Positions 1 to 31,100 of a stretch of DNA of 44,397 nt are shown here, piece after piece. Position 1 is the stretch's first letter. Each line of letters opens with the position of its first letter. The position numbers were made by a program, and so were the translations under genes. The DNA is from Tubiluchus corallicola. Taxonomy: Eukaryota; Animalia; Priapulida. The notes below the pieces were generated by a model. That model ran no database searches, was not told the origin of the DNA, and was given only the letters and a program-made list of their open reading frames with translations. The stretch is taken from assembly GCA_030141605.1 (NCBI GenBank), contig JAQGDQ010001362.1, positions 1 to 44,397 on the forward strand, written 5' to 3'.

Positions 1-597
1 AAAACCTCCAAAAATGGCCATTTTTCGGCCGTTTTTTGCAAAAGTTATACGGCTGAGATGTAGAGAACGGGAATGGGCCGGGGTGGTGCTGGCTATGGTT
101 AGATAGCCCGTTCAACGGTGGGTGTAGTAGGCATATTTAGAATTCACGAGAGGGCCACGGAGACCCGCAACGGGCATTTTCCCGGACCCAACTCGCGATT
201 TTTTTTTCGAAATTTTGACCAAACAGCCTGTAGAAAAACGTTCTAGCGGCGCCTAGTGGGACTCTCGGAAGGAGATATGCGACTCATCAGAAAGAGGAAG
301 AACAGGGCTACACGATGATGTGAGCTATATGTTAGGACAGGTCCACCAAGAGGAATACTGGCGAGTTAATTACATGTTCTATTTTCAGCAATATTCGCTT
401 AGAAAACTGCTGATGCAAAGCCATTGTTCTGACGTCATCCATTGTACTTTGTCTATAACCTTATAGCTTTAATTAAGCAAAAAGCTGCTGCTGCTACTGG
501 CTTTGCGTGATAAAAACGAGGACTAGGTAGAATGTTTGCGTATTATTGATTATCCGTGTGTTTATACGCAAATTTTTTTGCGTAGGGCCTTTGCTAG
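1..597 (+). mobile_element. Short-form copy of the same Helitron (5' part outside the window)
   Basis: Colinear with ~38450-39067. Ends with hairpin TACGCAAA-tttt-TTTGCGTA (565-584) and CTAG^T (594-598). Confidence 0.8.
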
Positions 598-1109
598 TGA
601 CATAATAATGCTTGACTGGCCTAACCTCACAAAAAAATTGTGCAACGACAACCGTCACCAAAATGGCACAGGTAAAAATGGCACAGGCAAGAATGACAGA
701 AAAAATGCCAGTTAGTAACTGATCTAAAATATTTTCTGTTTTATTATTTTAATTGTTTATGGTACTTAAATAAATAGTGACTGACTTGAATATTTCTGTT
801 TGATTGTCTGACTTTTTTTCCTGTGGCTTTATTACCAGTCGGCCATAAAAATGGCAAAGATGGAAAAGTAGGTAAAATGGTAAACCTGCTTTGATACAAA
901 TAACTTTAATAATAAGAAAACAATTAAAATAGTTACGATGCAACATCTAATATACAGTACATGCGGCTTAATGGGATCACTGTCCGATGAGATGTTTTGA
1001 AAGTCTGTTAAACGTTCTCTGCAAAGCAGAGAGAGCTTCAAAGGGAGACAACTATTCAAGCAATAAAGTATGTAGCTTCCGTTTAGGTCCATTTCCCAGA
1101 ATACGTGTG

Positions 1110-1400
1110 TTATTGCCCAGTAACAAAATGGGATTCAAAACATTTATTTAAAAATGGCTTTAGCTTTATCATCTGTAATGACAAAACCAGTGTCATCTTT
1201 TACCCCATTACCAATACACTGTTTCTTTCGCACATAATTAAAGAGGCTGTTGAGATCATCTTTATCCAAAACACTTCTTTCACGAATTTTTTTGTTACTT
1301 TTTTGAATTCTTCATTGGCGGAGTCTTACTCGGTTTTTAGAATCTCCGAATCTTGTTTCTCTTCATTTTATAAGTTCTTCCCTTTCGTAATAGCAATCTG
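1110..1400 (-). mobile_element. Degenerate CR1/L2-type LINE ORF2 fragment
   Basis: Frameshifted LNSLFNYVRKK...IKDDTGFVITDDKAKA, resembling the endonuclease-RT linker. Confidence 0.45.
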
Positions 1401-1491
1401 CGCACACCAGGGGGATCATAAACTTTTTTTTGGTGTTGCAATTTGGCTTAAGAAAGCACTTGGTAGGCACGTAAGTTTGAATACTAGTTGT

Positions 1492-1912
1492 CAGGGGCGT
1501 ATCAAGACTTTACGACGCCCTAAGCTGTTAGCTTTGCCCCGATTATCTAAATTGTGATTTTATCATTGTTTATGTAATGAGCAGATCAAACAATTACTTG
1601 TGGTGTGTTTGAAACACTATTAATCTAATTTCTACGTGGTTATTATTAATTACATGTATTTTCATAACGCTTATGTTCAAGCAGGCTGCGCGACTGCATG
1701 GTGTGTAATACCTTGCACCTGTTCGTCATGTAGCACTTATATAGAAGTTGCATTCAGTATCTGCCTGTGGTGTCTTATAAAATGGGCTATTAACATGAAT
1801 ATGTAGGCATCCACATTTTTTCCAAATAATAATTTTTTCTAAAACATGGCGCCCCTCAAACTCTGGCACCATAGGCTATAGCCTAGTTAGCCTGTTGGTT
1901 AATAAACCCTTG
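1492..1912. mobile_element. hAT-type MITE
   Basis: Termini CAGGGGCGTAT / ATAAACCCTTG; imperfect 8-bp TSD ctagttgt/ctagtcat; inverted second copy at 37961-38259. Confidence 0.7.
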
Positions 1913-2606
1913 CTAGTCATAACAACTTTGATAAAAAGATTCCACATTTCAAGCACTGTAGTACAATCGGGAAAGAGAACAGACTTATTTATACGGAATA
2001 ATGTATTTGATAGAACCCCCTAATTAGCTTTGTCATAATCAAAGACGGCTGGGCTAGTAGTGATTGGACCTTAACGATAGAAATTTGGCACAAAATAATC
2101 AGTTGTCAGAACAGGCTCACAAATATTGAGGTTATACAAATGAATAGGTCAGTGCATAAAACTAAATAAAGTTTATTCTTGCCACCCGAGTGCTTATCAA
2201 CCCTGTATATGACTACCTGTGATTTGACTACCTGTTGTAATCCGACCTAATTGCCATTGCCCACCCTTCCCCAAATATGTCAACCAAAATATTCGTCGCC
2301 CTCTGTGCGGGTGCATTCAGCTAGTTCATAATATTCATCGTCCGTTTCATAAAATAAATGTAGAATTGAAAATAACACAATAAGCAAGAAATCGAAGTTT
2401 TACATGTCTTTATTGAAAAGCTTTATTATCAACGAGTCGACTTTACCGTCGAGTCTACTTTACAATCATTTTCTTAAAAAGATCCACTACAAAGAATCTG
2501 TGAGGTCTTGTGTAACAACTAAAACAATCTGCATTCAGACAGTAATACACAAAGATTTGGTGTAATTAACAATAAAAATTTGTTTTGCAAATAAATTTTA
2601 TACGAT

Positions 2607-3173
2607 CAGTGGCGGCTCATAGCTAAAATCAGTGGAGGTGTTGCTTCAGAAAATGGTTAGCCATTGTTTTAATACTGTGCAAAACGAAACAAGCATGCGT
2701 AATTTAAATGTTGTAATTTTAAACAAACAAACATACACATTTTAAACATAAATTTGAAAAAATTCTAAAGGAAAAAATATTTTTTGGCTTACTAATAGCC
2801 TAAATTGTCGTAGTTCAAGCTTGATCCATTCACGGTAGGCACGTGACAACTGATAATAAACTGTGTGAGCGACAGTACTTTCCCTACCTGGGCTCAGACA
2901 TGTGCGCATGGCCGCATGCGCAGAACAGCCGAACACCGCTTTGCTGGGCTATGAAGCAAACAGTACTACGTTCACGTGCTCTGGTTCCGTACGAGTATAA
3001 AGAAAGAACTAAAGAAAAACGGCTTATTCTATTGAATATTATCGATAATAATGAGTTGATTGAAAATAGGGGGTGCAGCACTTCCACAGCACCTGTGCAC
3101 AAGCCACCACTGGATAAGATAAATTTGAATGATTGAAGTCAAATTAGTAACTTGATTAAATTTGCTTAGCGCT
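2607..3173. mobile_element. Inverted partial copy of the same hAT family
   Basis: Starts CAGTGGCGGCTC; reverse complement of ~13193-13772. Confidence 0.8.
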
Positions 3174-3344
3174 AAAACTAAGATTCCGACTTTCTTGGCA
3201 AAAATCAACTTGCGTTGAGTGGAAATTGGTTCAACAGTCACTGCACAGGGGTGGAGCAAACAAAGCTAGGTTGATCTTGTGGTGAAACTGACAAAAATGC
3301 CACATAGAGCTGCAACAGAGAAAAAACACATATAAGCACATATT

Positions 3345-3734
3345 CAGGGCTGGGTTACCCTACAAGCTAGTATAGACTGCAGCCAAGTCCCCCCCCCCCA
3401 AGATTGGTGGGCCCATATTTGCATTACTGACTTAAAAAAGGAGGCCAGGAATCTGAAATTTTAAAGTGGCTCCTCATCTGAGATAAAGGATCCCTATTTG
3501 AGGCCTTTTATTTGTGACAAAGGGTCTTGTTTGAGGTCCTTTATTTGAGATACGGGACCCTCTTTGAAGCCCTTTTTAAATATGGGGCCTACAGTCACCA
3601 AATGTTGCTAAAACATATCACAAGTAAAGAATGAACAAATTATGGTTCCATACTCTAATTACAAATTATGGCTCCGTTTGAGTAGCCCATAATTTCATTC
3701 GCCTAAGGGCCCAAAAAGTCATAAATCGGCCCAG
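3345..3734. mobile_element. hAT-type MITE
   Basis: CAGGGCTGG...TCGGCCCAG; imperfect TSD cacatatt/cacgcatt; ~33-bp internal subrepeats. Confidence 0.55.
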
Positions 3735-3914
3735 CACGCATTCACATAATTAATATAATCATTTCATTAATTAGGTACTTAATTAGTTTTTTTAAATGGT
3801 TTACAGATGAAAGATCACGAAAAGCAGAACGTATGGTACCAAAAGTATCAATAAACATGATTTTTCACTACATACATAAAATAAATTTGTGTTTAAATAA
3901 TGATCATTGAGATA

Positions 3915-5284
3915 ACTTAATTTTATGTATGCATTGAAAATTCATTTTATGTATGCAGTGAATATTCATTTGATGCATGCAGTGAAAATTCATTTTATGT
4001 ATGCAGTGAATATTCATTTTATGTATGCAGTGAAAATTTAGTCTATGCATGCAGTGAATATTCATTTTATGTATGCAGTGACAATTCATTTTATGTATGC
4101 AGTGGAAATTCATTTTATGCATGAAGTAAAAATTCACTTTTTATGCATGTAGTGAAAATTCATTTTATGCATGTAGTGAAAATTCACTTTATGTATGCAG
4201 TGAAAATTCATTTTATGTATGCAGTGAAAATTAAATTTATGTATGCAGTGAAAATTAAATTTATGTATGCAGTGAAAATTCACTTTATGCATGTAGTGAA
4301 AATTCACTTTATGTATGCAGTGAAAATTAAATTTATGTATGCAGTGAAAATTCATTTTATGTATGCAGTGAAAATTAAATTTATGTATGCAGTGAAAATT
4401 AAATTTATGTATGCAGTGAAAATTCACTTTATGCATGTAGTGAAAATTCACTTTATGTATGCAGTGAAAATTAAATTTATGTATGCAGTGAAAATTAAAT
4501 TTATGTATGCAGTGAAAATTCATTTTATGCATGTAGTGAAAATTCATTTTATGCATGTAATGAAAATTCACTTTATGTATGCAGTGATAATTCATTTTAT
4601 GTATGCAGTGAAAATTAAATTTATGTATGCAGTGAAAATTCATTTTATGCATGTAGTGAAAATTCATTTTATGCATGTAATGAAAATTCACTTTATGTAT
4701 GCAGGGATAATTCATTTTATGTATACAGTGATAATTCATTTTATGCATGTAGTGAAAATTCATTTTATGCATGTAATGAAAATTCACTTTATGTATGCAG
4801 TGATAAATCATTTTATGTATGCAGTGAAAATTAAATTTATGTATGCAGTAAAAATTCATTTTATGCATGTAGTGAAAATTCATTTTATGCATGTAATGAA
4901 AATTCAATTTATGTATGTAGTGAAAATTAAATTTATGTATGCAGTGAAAATTCATTTTATGCATGTAGTGAAAAATTCATTTTATGCATGTAATGAAAAT
5001 TCACTTTATGTATGCAGTGATAAATCATTTTATGTATGCAGTGAAAATTAAATTTATGTATGCAGTAAAAATTCATTTTATGCATGTAGTGAAAATTCGT
5101 TTTATGCATGTAATGAAAATTCAATTTATGTATGCAGTGAAAATTCATTTTATGTATGCAGTGATAATTCATTTTATGCATGTAGTGAAGATTCAATTTA
5201 TGTATGCAGTGAAAATTCAATTGATGTATGCAGTGAAAATTCATTTTATGTATGCAGTGAAAATTCATTTTATGTATGCAGTGA
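3915..5284. repeat. 24-bp minisatellite (~57 copies)
   Basis: Unit TTTTATGTATGCAGTGAAAATTCA. Confidence 0.97.
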
Positions 5285-6105
5285 AGAAGGGGGTAATAGA
5301 CTTTAAAATCATAGAGTTAGATTACGTCACATTCATGGATGTTAAATGAAGGTCCAAGTGTTTTGTGAACTTCTGAGAAGTGAGAAAAGCGCTTCATGTA
5401 ATTTCCAAGAAACTTTGTGAAAAAGGCGGGTAACAAAATGGGAATTTTTTCGCCGGTTCTCTTTTCGCAAAACTTGAGCGAAAAAAACGAAAAAAAACAT
5501 TCGCAAAGCACTTCGTGGAGGTCTCGGAGAGAGTGTTTAATACTTCTTTTTTGCTATTTTCACCTGGGCAAACAACTACGAATTAGTTCCAGTTCCATTT
5601 TGAGAAATTCTGGCTTGTAAATTAAAACTGTGTAATGCAACCTAACTTTCCCCGTGTCATTTTTACCGTGCCATTTTTTCTGTGCCATTTTTACCGCGCA
5701 CCTTTGCTCGACGTCACCCACACCACACGATATCAAACCACACCCACCTAACCATGCCACAGAAATGGAAAAGTAGGAAAACACAGCACAGAAGAAAGAA
5801 TTCAGGTAATAAAGTCACAGGGAAAAAAGCCAGAAGAAAAAGTCAGAAAAAAGAAACAATCCTACCCCTAACGCTAATCCTAACCCTAACTCTAACCCTA
5901 AGATATTAAACAAAACGTATTCTTTTCACATGTATGTAATGCCATCATATATAAATTGTGTTTTCAACAGAGACTAAACGAGAAAGAAATGAAGGACGGA
6001 ACAAGAAATAGGCACTCTTAATTATAAAGGAAACAGGAGTATAAAGGAAAGAGAAGAAAGAATAACAAAAGAGAAGTAGAAAGAAAGAGAAAGAAAGAGA
6101 GAAAC

Positions 6106-24247
<18,142 letters not shown>

Positions 24248-24273
24248 TGCTTTTCGTTTGTAACTTTTACGAA

Positions 24274-24326
24274 TGACGTCAGCTAAGCTAGGAAATGGGG
24301 AGGCTATCCTTCTGCCACTTTATATA
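24274..24326 (-). promoter_or_regulatory. Putative peroxidase core promoter: TATA box and CRE palindrome
   Basis: TATATAAA at 24326-24319, ~72 nt upstream of the ATG; TGACGTCA at 24274-24281. Confidence 0.5.
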
Positions 24327-25410
24327 GCGCGAATTTTTGGTTTTGCAGCATCTTAAAAGTGTCTAATAAGTCAAACAAACTGTCAATCGTGGTAAATCGC
24401 GAGCCTTAAGTGTTTACGCTGTCCAAAATGATATTGCTGGCATTTCATGTTGTGGTACATTTTTCTGCGTTCAACTTAAAGTGTTTGGAAAGGAGGCTAT
24501 ACGCTGACATAACCAAACAAATAATGTTTCTACAAACAAATTCGATCAATTTAGGAGGTGCATGTGAACAAAAGATTAAACATTGTAACCCGTGTAACTA
24601 AACAAAATCGTTTGTAACCAAGTTACATACAAATATTTGTGCAATCACAACGCATGTATCGCGTATTTTTATGCAATTTTGAATTGATGTCATATTTGAT
24701 TTCGAAGATGAAAAAACATTGTTTTAGTGACGTTTTTAATGCCTGATTCCATTTCTAAACAATGCATAACTGTGTGTCCATTTTATATGACAATCCTTGC
24801 AGCATGTCATACCGTGAAAGATTAGCATTTTTAAATCTTGAGCCACTTAAACTTCGTCGAATGCACTGTGATCTGACAATGTGTTATTCTATTTTACATA
24901 GAAATAGTTCTATAGATAAAGATGTATTTTTTAGCTAAGCACCTTTATCTAATGTGACCATTATATTACATTAATGATATTGTAAAAGAACTAACCCAAA
25001 ATGATCTTATCGTAAATTGATTGTACAGGCATACTGTTTATATACGAATAATATAAACATAAGACATTAATATAAGATTATCTGCATCAGCTACAACATT
25101 ATCTGTATTATCTGTATGCATCAGCTACAACATTATCTGTATTATCTGTATGCATCAGCTACAACATATACTACTTGTACATAGAGTATAACATGAACAT
25201 GTATAAATATTGTACGCAAATATTAGATATGTAATTAGAATTAGTAGATCGTAATGCAGAATTGTTAGCTTGTTTAGTACAAAATTGGTAACCGTGAAGA
25301 ATTTAAGAATTTAATGTAAAGATTTATTTAACATTTTTGTACTTATATGCCTTGCAAATAGAGGGCTTATTGTATCACTTTCAATAAAGATTTTTAATAA
25401 TAATAATAAA

Positions 25411-25795
25411 ATGTGACCAGGGGCCACCGATTGAAGTTACAGCCCGCTCACTGCCGGCTGTTTTAAGAACTTTTTCCTAAACCTAGAATCTGGAATCAAC
25501 TCCCTGCGTCTGCCGGGTGCCCCCTTGGTCTGTGCTCAGAGTAGCAAACTTTTTAAAAAACGTTTAAAAGACGTAAATCTTAATAATCATTTATCTTTTA
25601 GCAGGCATATGTAAGTGGCATTGGCTTTTTGTGTCTTTAGCCGTAATCCTTTAACTAGCCATTTTTATCTGTAAAATTTATGTCTGCGATGTATACACGT
25701 TTTATCCTGGTTTCGTATTTTATACTTTCTTGTAATTGTTTTTAATATTTTTTTAATAAAAAATATTTATTGAACAAATCGTAAACAAACAAATA
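25411..25795 (+). mobile_element. CR1-clade LINE 3' fragment
   Basis: TRGHRLKL...NFF...RIWNQLP...FKKRL plus AT-rich tail. Confidence 0.65.
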
Positions 25796-26568
25796 TAAAT
25801 CCATTCTTCAATTTCATCTTAATGGAGGAATTCATTTACTATTTCAATACCTTGTTTGGCAATGAGAAGAAGCTTGCTCTTTGCATAAAGGCCACTGGTT
25901 TTCAATCTCTCAGTTTCTCACTTTCCTCCTTGGGCGTGTGCTTATTTACACACAGAAGTTGAGAAACATCATACTAGGCTAACCCACTGAATGACTCGGT
26001 GATGCTCGGCATTGTCGGCATCTGTAGTGCTGTCTCCGATTATTTCTCTCATTGAGAGAATCATATAGGAATATTGTTGCTGGATAACTAGGTTTCAGTC
26101 CTGCCACAACTCTTAACATAATATCTAGTAGTAGTATAGTTTATTAGCAATGATTAATACAAAGACTGGGGTAGCAGAAAATAATAAAATTTACAGTTTA
26201 TTCATTATTCTTTTCAAGAATTTATCACACGTGGATCACATTAGTATCACATTAGGATCACATTAGTATATAAAATAGTTGTACCAACTTTATACCATTG
26301 AAAAAGTGGTTATACATTTTCGTTTGATATTTTAAGCGAATAGTAAGCATGAATAAAACATCTGTATTTTAAGCATTAAACACTATTTTGCAGCTAAACC
26401 AGAAAACGTTAATTTGTTGTATTTTTTGTAACTCACGAGATAATGTCAACAATACAAAATATTGTTAATTATCTATATATAAAAATATAGTAATTTAAAT
26501 TTGATAACCTTGGTACAAGGCAAGTTTCTGTAGGATTAACTTCAATGTTATCTGTATTTATATATTTA

Positions 26569-26607
26569 CTAGCCAAACCCTGCAAAGAATTTTGTGCACA
26601 AACCAAC
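26569..26607 (-). mobile_element. Isolated Helitron 3' terminus
   Basis: Reverse reads tttgtgcacaaaattctttgcagggtttggCTAG^T, matching the array unit ends. Confidence 0.65.
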
Positions 26608-27628
26608 GACAACAACAAGGAGCTATTAGGCGAGTTAATTTGGCGAAAAAACTCGTTGGTCTGAACGCGCCTTTAGTGTTTTACATAGTAGATTGACGCT
26701 CTTATTTGCTGAAATAAAAATGTCATTATAAATTGAAAGCTACAAGTTAGTGTTACTGCTATTAACATACGCAAATTTTTAATTATTCATCATTTATTTT
26801 TTCAGATCTAAATTATGACTGTCACGACTTTAAACTAGACATTGCTTGCTTCAAACTAGTCGTTGCTTGGCTAATTAGGCCAGAAAATAACTGCTGATTA
26901 AATCTAGTTCCCACGTTTTTGTCCAAATTGCTAAATCTACTCAAAAACGTGAAATATAAGCTTATAAGAAGTAATTCTCTATTATCTACTATCTTTCTTC
27001 CTACCATTTCCACTAACACATCCCTGTACCCTTCCTGTGTGATCTAACCTTTCTCCCAGTTCTTTTTTTTGTTCACTCATCCATTCTTTTTTTATCGGTT
27101 TCACATGACAGTGGGCTTATACAAGCCTTTGCCTCTCTAGCCCACTGCAGTACAATTATTCTTTTATGATAACGATAGTGTATGAACATAACAATTTAAT
27201 ACAGCATGATGTAACAATTTTGATGTTACTGTGTGCTTAATGTCATTATATTGTACTGAATGTGACAATAATAATAAATAAAAAAATAAAAATAAAAAAT
27301 TCGCCAACATGATTCCTGTAGGGAATTCTCAAGAAGACTGCTCAAGCTGAATTTTTAGCAACATCCGAAATTCTGCGCTAAGCAGCTGCGTGAAATTAGC
27401 GTCGCTGCGTGAAACTGGACCACATATAAGAAGCCAGACTAATCAGTCAAGCATGAATTACTAGTGACGCTGCACTTATTTTTCTGACACTTTGCTGCTT
27501 TTGAGTACCTTTCTGCCAGCAACATTTTACATTGGTTAATGTAATGAGGTTCACAGTTACACGGCTGCAGCATGCTAGGAGCACAGTTACACGGCTGTAG
27601 GATGTGAGGAGGACAGCTGCAAGACCAG

Positions 27629-27728
27629 ATGATGCTAAAAAGACTGTTTACACGTCTTGTCTTTTGTTTGGTTACAATATTTTGTTTCGGTATTGACGCA
27701 AAGTATCAAAAAATTATTAATACTCTAG
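27629..27728 (+). CDS. GPR158-like exon 1 (signal peptide)
   Basis: MMLKRLFTRLVFCLVTIFCFGIDAKYQKIINTL, G|GTAACA phase 1. Confidence 0.7.
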
Positions 27729-28096
27729 GTAACATTTTTTCGGCATAATTTAAATATTCTAGAAATTATTAGGTATTTTTATAAGTGCTGGAGTAATAAA
27801 TCAGTGGTTGGAATCTTGCCTTTGATGAGTCGTATCAAAACCTTCAAAATTGTACCGCTATTTTTTGTTAAACCACGTGGATTAAATGATAAATAATACT
27901 AATGCTGTTGCATTACTGATGCTATTTCTGTTACTTTTGCTATTGCTACTACTGCTGCTTTTGCGTCCGCACTTGTTTTTGTTGTTGTTGTTGTTGTTGC
28001 AGTTGCTGTTGTTGCTCCTGTTGCGCCTTTTGCTGTCGCTGTTGCGCCTTTTGCTGTCGCTGTTGCTGCTGTTGTTGTTGTTGATGATGATGATGG

Positions 28097-28130
<34 letters not shown>

Positions 28131-31100
28131 AATGATGATGATGATGATGATGATGATGCCGTTATTATTTATTCTATTTCTATAACATGTTATTTCTATT
28201 GTTTTATACTTTGCTTAGAAAATGCCAGGTTGGCACTTGAGTATGTGGAACGTGTTCGGACCAGCAAATGTTCTGAGGGAACAGCAGAGGTCCTTCCCAT
28301 TGAGTTTGACCACACCAGATGGAATACTCAAGCGCAGGTAAGAACAACTGTGATAATGACTACACCTGGTGCTTACCCAAGTGCGGTTAAGAACTACTGG
28401 AATACTTTATACTGAGTTCGACCACATCAGATGGAATACTCAAGCAGAGGTAAGAACAACTGTGATACTTCATACTGAGTTTCACCACTCAGATGGGATA
28501 CTCAAGCACAGGTAAGAGCAAATGTGATACTTCAAACTGAGTTCGACCACATCAGATGGGATACTCAAGTACAGGTAAGAGCAACTGTGATACTTCATAT
28601 TGAGTTCGACCACATCAGATGAAATACTCAAGTGCAGGTAAGAGCAGCTGTGATACTTCATACTGAGTTTGGCCACACCATGTAGAATACTCAAGCACAA
28701 CTAAGAGCAAATGAGTTACTCCCAACTGAGTTTGAGCTGCTATCCATATTACTAGCTTGAATTTATACATCGTGCCCTGCTCATTGATTTCTTCCAATGC
28801 TTTCTCAAATGCTACATCTTGTACCTCTTGATAAAAACAAAAACAATGATATGACAGATATGAATTAATTTCAGTCCCACAGATCTATCACCCTTCAGCC
28901 GTAACATTTTTGAGTATGTGTTACTCTAACGATCCAACATTGTATTCATACTACAGTTATCCAACTTGGCTTCGTACATATTGTTATGTATCAACAGTCT
29001 CAACGAGATCATTGCTCAAATCCCAATATTAAATATTTCGATGTTATCATTAGAAAGTGCGTGTACAGTCTTTGTAATAGATTTGTCACTAGTGAGAATA
29101 ATATTTGTAAACGTTTATGTGAATGTGATGCCTCTTTAGTTCTTCTATTATATAGGTTTTACATGTCAAATATAGACCTGCGTTAACTCAAATGTAGATT
29201 TAGGCAATTCAAATGTGTCTTGGTAACTCAAATGTAGACTTGGGTAGTTCAAATGTGTTAACAATGGTTTTCAAGAAATCTTAAGCGTAATTAGTGATTC
29301 ACTGTTCATTGGGAAGTGGGAACCAATTTATTCTTTTCTACCGACGTTACGGTTTATCAAAGAATTTAGTTTGAGGATAAACAACGCATTTTTCAAAGTC
29401 CTGAAAGAGGTGGTGACTATCTTTGGTTTATATTTTTGTAATTTGCACTTAAATAAGTTAATTACGGATTTATTCAAAGTAATGCATCTACATTTGATTT
29501 ACCTAAGTCACATTTGAGTTACCAAAACACATTCGAAATTCCTATGTCTACATTTGACTTACCTAAGTCACATTTGAACTTTCCTATGTCTACATTTGAC
29601 GTGTAAAACCTATAGAGAAATGGAGACTAATGCGTTTGATCCACTATGATCCTAAATACCTATGATATCTACGTGTAGTTTTTGTCTAGAATGTATCTTC
29701 TACATACCCGATCAATAGCGTAATTTGTTTTTGTTTTCAATGTGTTTTAATCATAACTTGTCTCTGTACTTACGTTTGATGTATTGCTTTACTTATCGTA
29801 TATATGATATGTATGTATGAGCTTAGAGTTTGCTGTAAAGAGCAAACTAAATCGATGAAATCTGTTTCTTTCTTTTTCTTTCTCATTCCCCTCTCCCTCT
29901 CTCTCTTCTTAAGCTTTCTCTCGCTCCCTCTTTCGCCGCCCGTTTCTTGTATTTCTTGTACCACTCTCTTTCCCCCATCTCTCCCTTCTTTGTTTCCTTG
30001 CGCTCCCCGTTTCTGACTCCCTCATTCTAGAATAAAATCATAATATCACCATGAAACATCACCATGAATAAGTAACCCAAGTGCAGTAAATACGACATGG
30101 AAGCATTGTGTGACTTATTATAAAAGAACAATGCTTTGAGCAAAACACACACACAGTCCATTCTATCTCTTAGTGTAACATATCATACGCAACAAGGAAA
30201 TGTCATTAGTAGAGGGTCACTAACTGTCCACTAACATCTACTTTTCCATATGCGAACTTTAAATTTAATTTTTGTTGACCACCTCTATTAAAAATATGTG
30301 GACATGTTTTAGTAAGTGTTACGTAAGTGGCCTCTCATAAAATGTATGTTGGAGTTGCATAAATCTATTTTTTGTTGCAATTTTAAACCGGATGCTAAAT
30401 GCCTGTCCAGTTATTCTCTAGGTTTTACACGTCAAATGTAGACGCAGGAAAGTTCAAATATGACTTAGGTAAGTTAAATATAGACATAAGAATTTCAAAT
30501 GTGTTTTGGTAACTCAAATGTGACTTAGGTTAGTCATATGTAGACATTGGAATTTCAAATGTGTTTTGGTAACTTAAATGTGACTTAGGTAAGTCAAACG
30601 TAGATGCATTACTTTAAGTAAATCGGTAATTAACTCATTTAAGTGCAAATTACAAAAGGATAAACCAAAGATAGTCATCACTTCTTTCATAACTTTGAAA
30701 AATGCGTTGTTTATTCTCAAACTAAATTCTTTGATAAACCATAACGTGAGTAGAAAAGAATAAATTGGTTCCCACTTACCAATGAACAGTGAATCACTCA
30801 TTAATTTTTGCGTAATGCATTAATAAATTAGTTTCTCTCAAGAAACATTGTTTATTTTAAGAATGTATTGTTTTGTCTAACAGTTCCAATGGTATGTAAA
30901 GTTTACAGAATATTAGTGAACTATTAGTAGACCTATAAAGGAGATTAAATTTTACATCCTTAAGCTTTACGATGTCACATTTGACTTGACACGTGTCTAC
31001 ATTTGACTTACCAAAAACGCTTAAGATTTCTTGAAAACCATTATTAACACATTTGAATTACCTAAATCTACATTTGACTTAACGTAGGTCTATATTTGAC

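Noticed and set aside
2455-2518. Candidate peroxidase terminal exon (CYTRPHRFFVVDLFKKMIVK*) with nearby AATAAA
   Set aside because: Phase-compatible but no convincing family similarity; other acceptors (e.g. ~5973, giving SLC*) fit equally well.
3904-5349. Long His/Cys/Met-rich ORFs on both strands (276 and 302 aa)
   Set aside because: By-product of a stop-free 24-bp repeat; no independent coding evidence.
27886-28185. Poly-Leu/poly-Met ORF resembling a signal peptide
   Set aside because: Intronic microsatellite; the real signal exon is 27629-27728.
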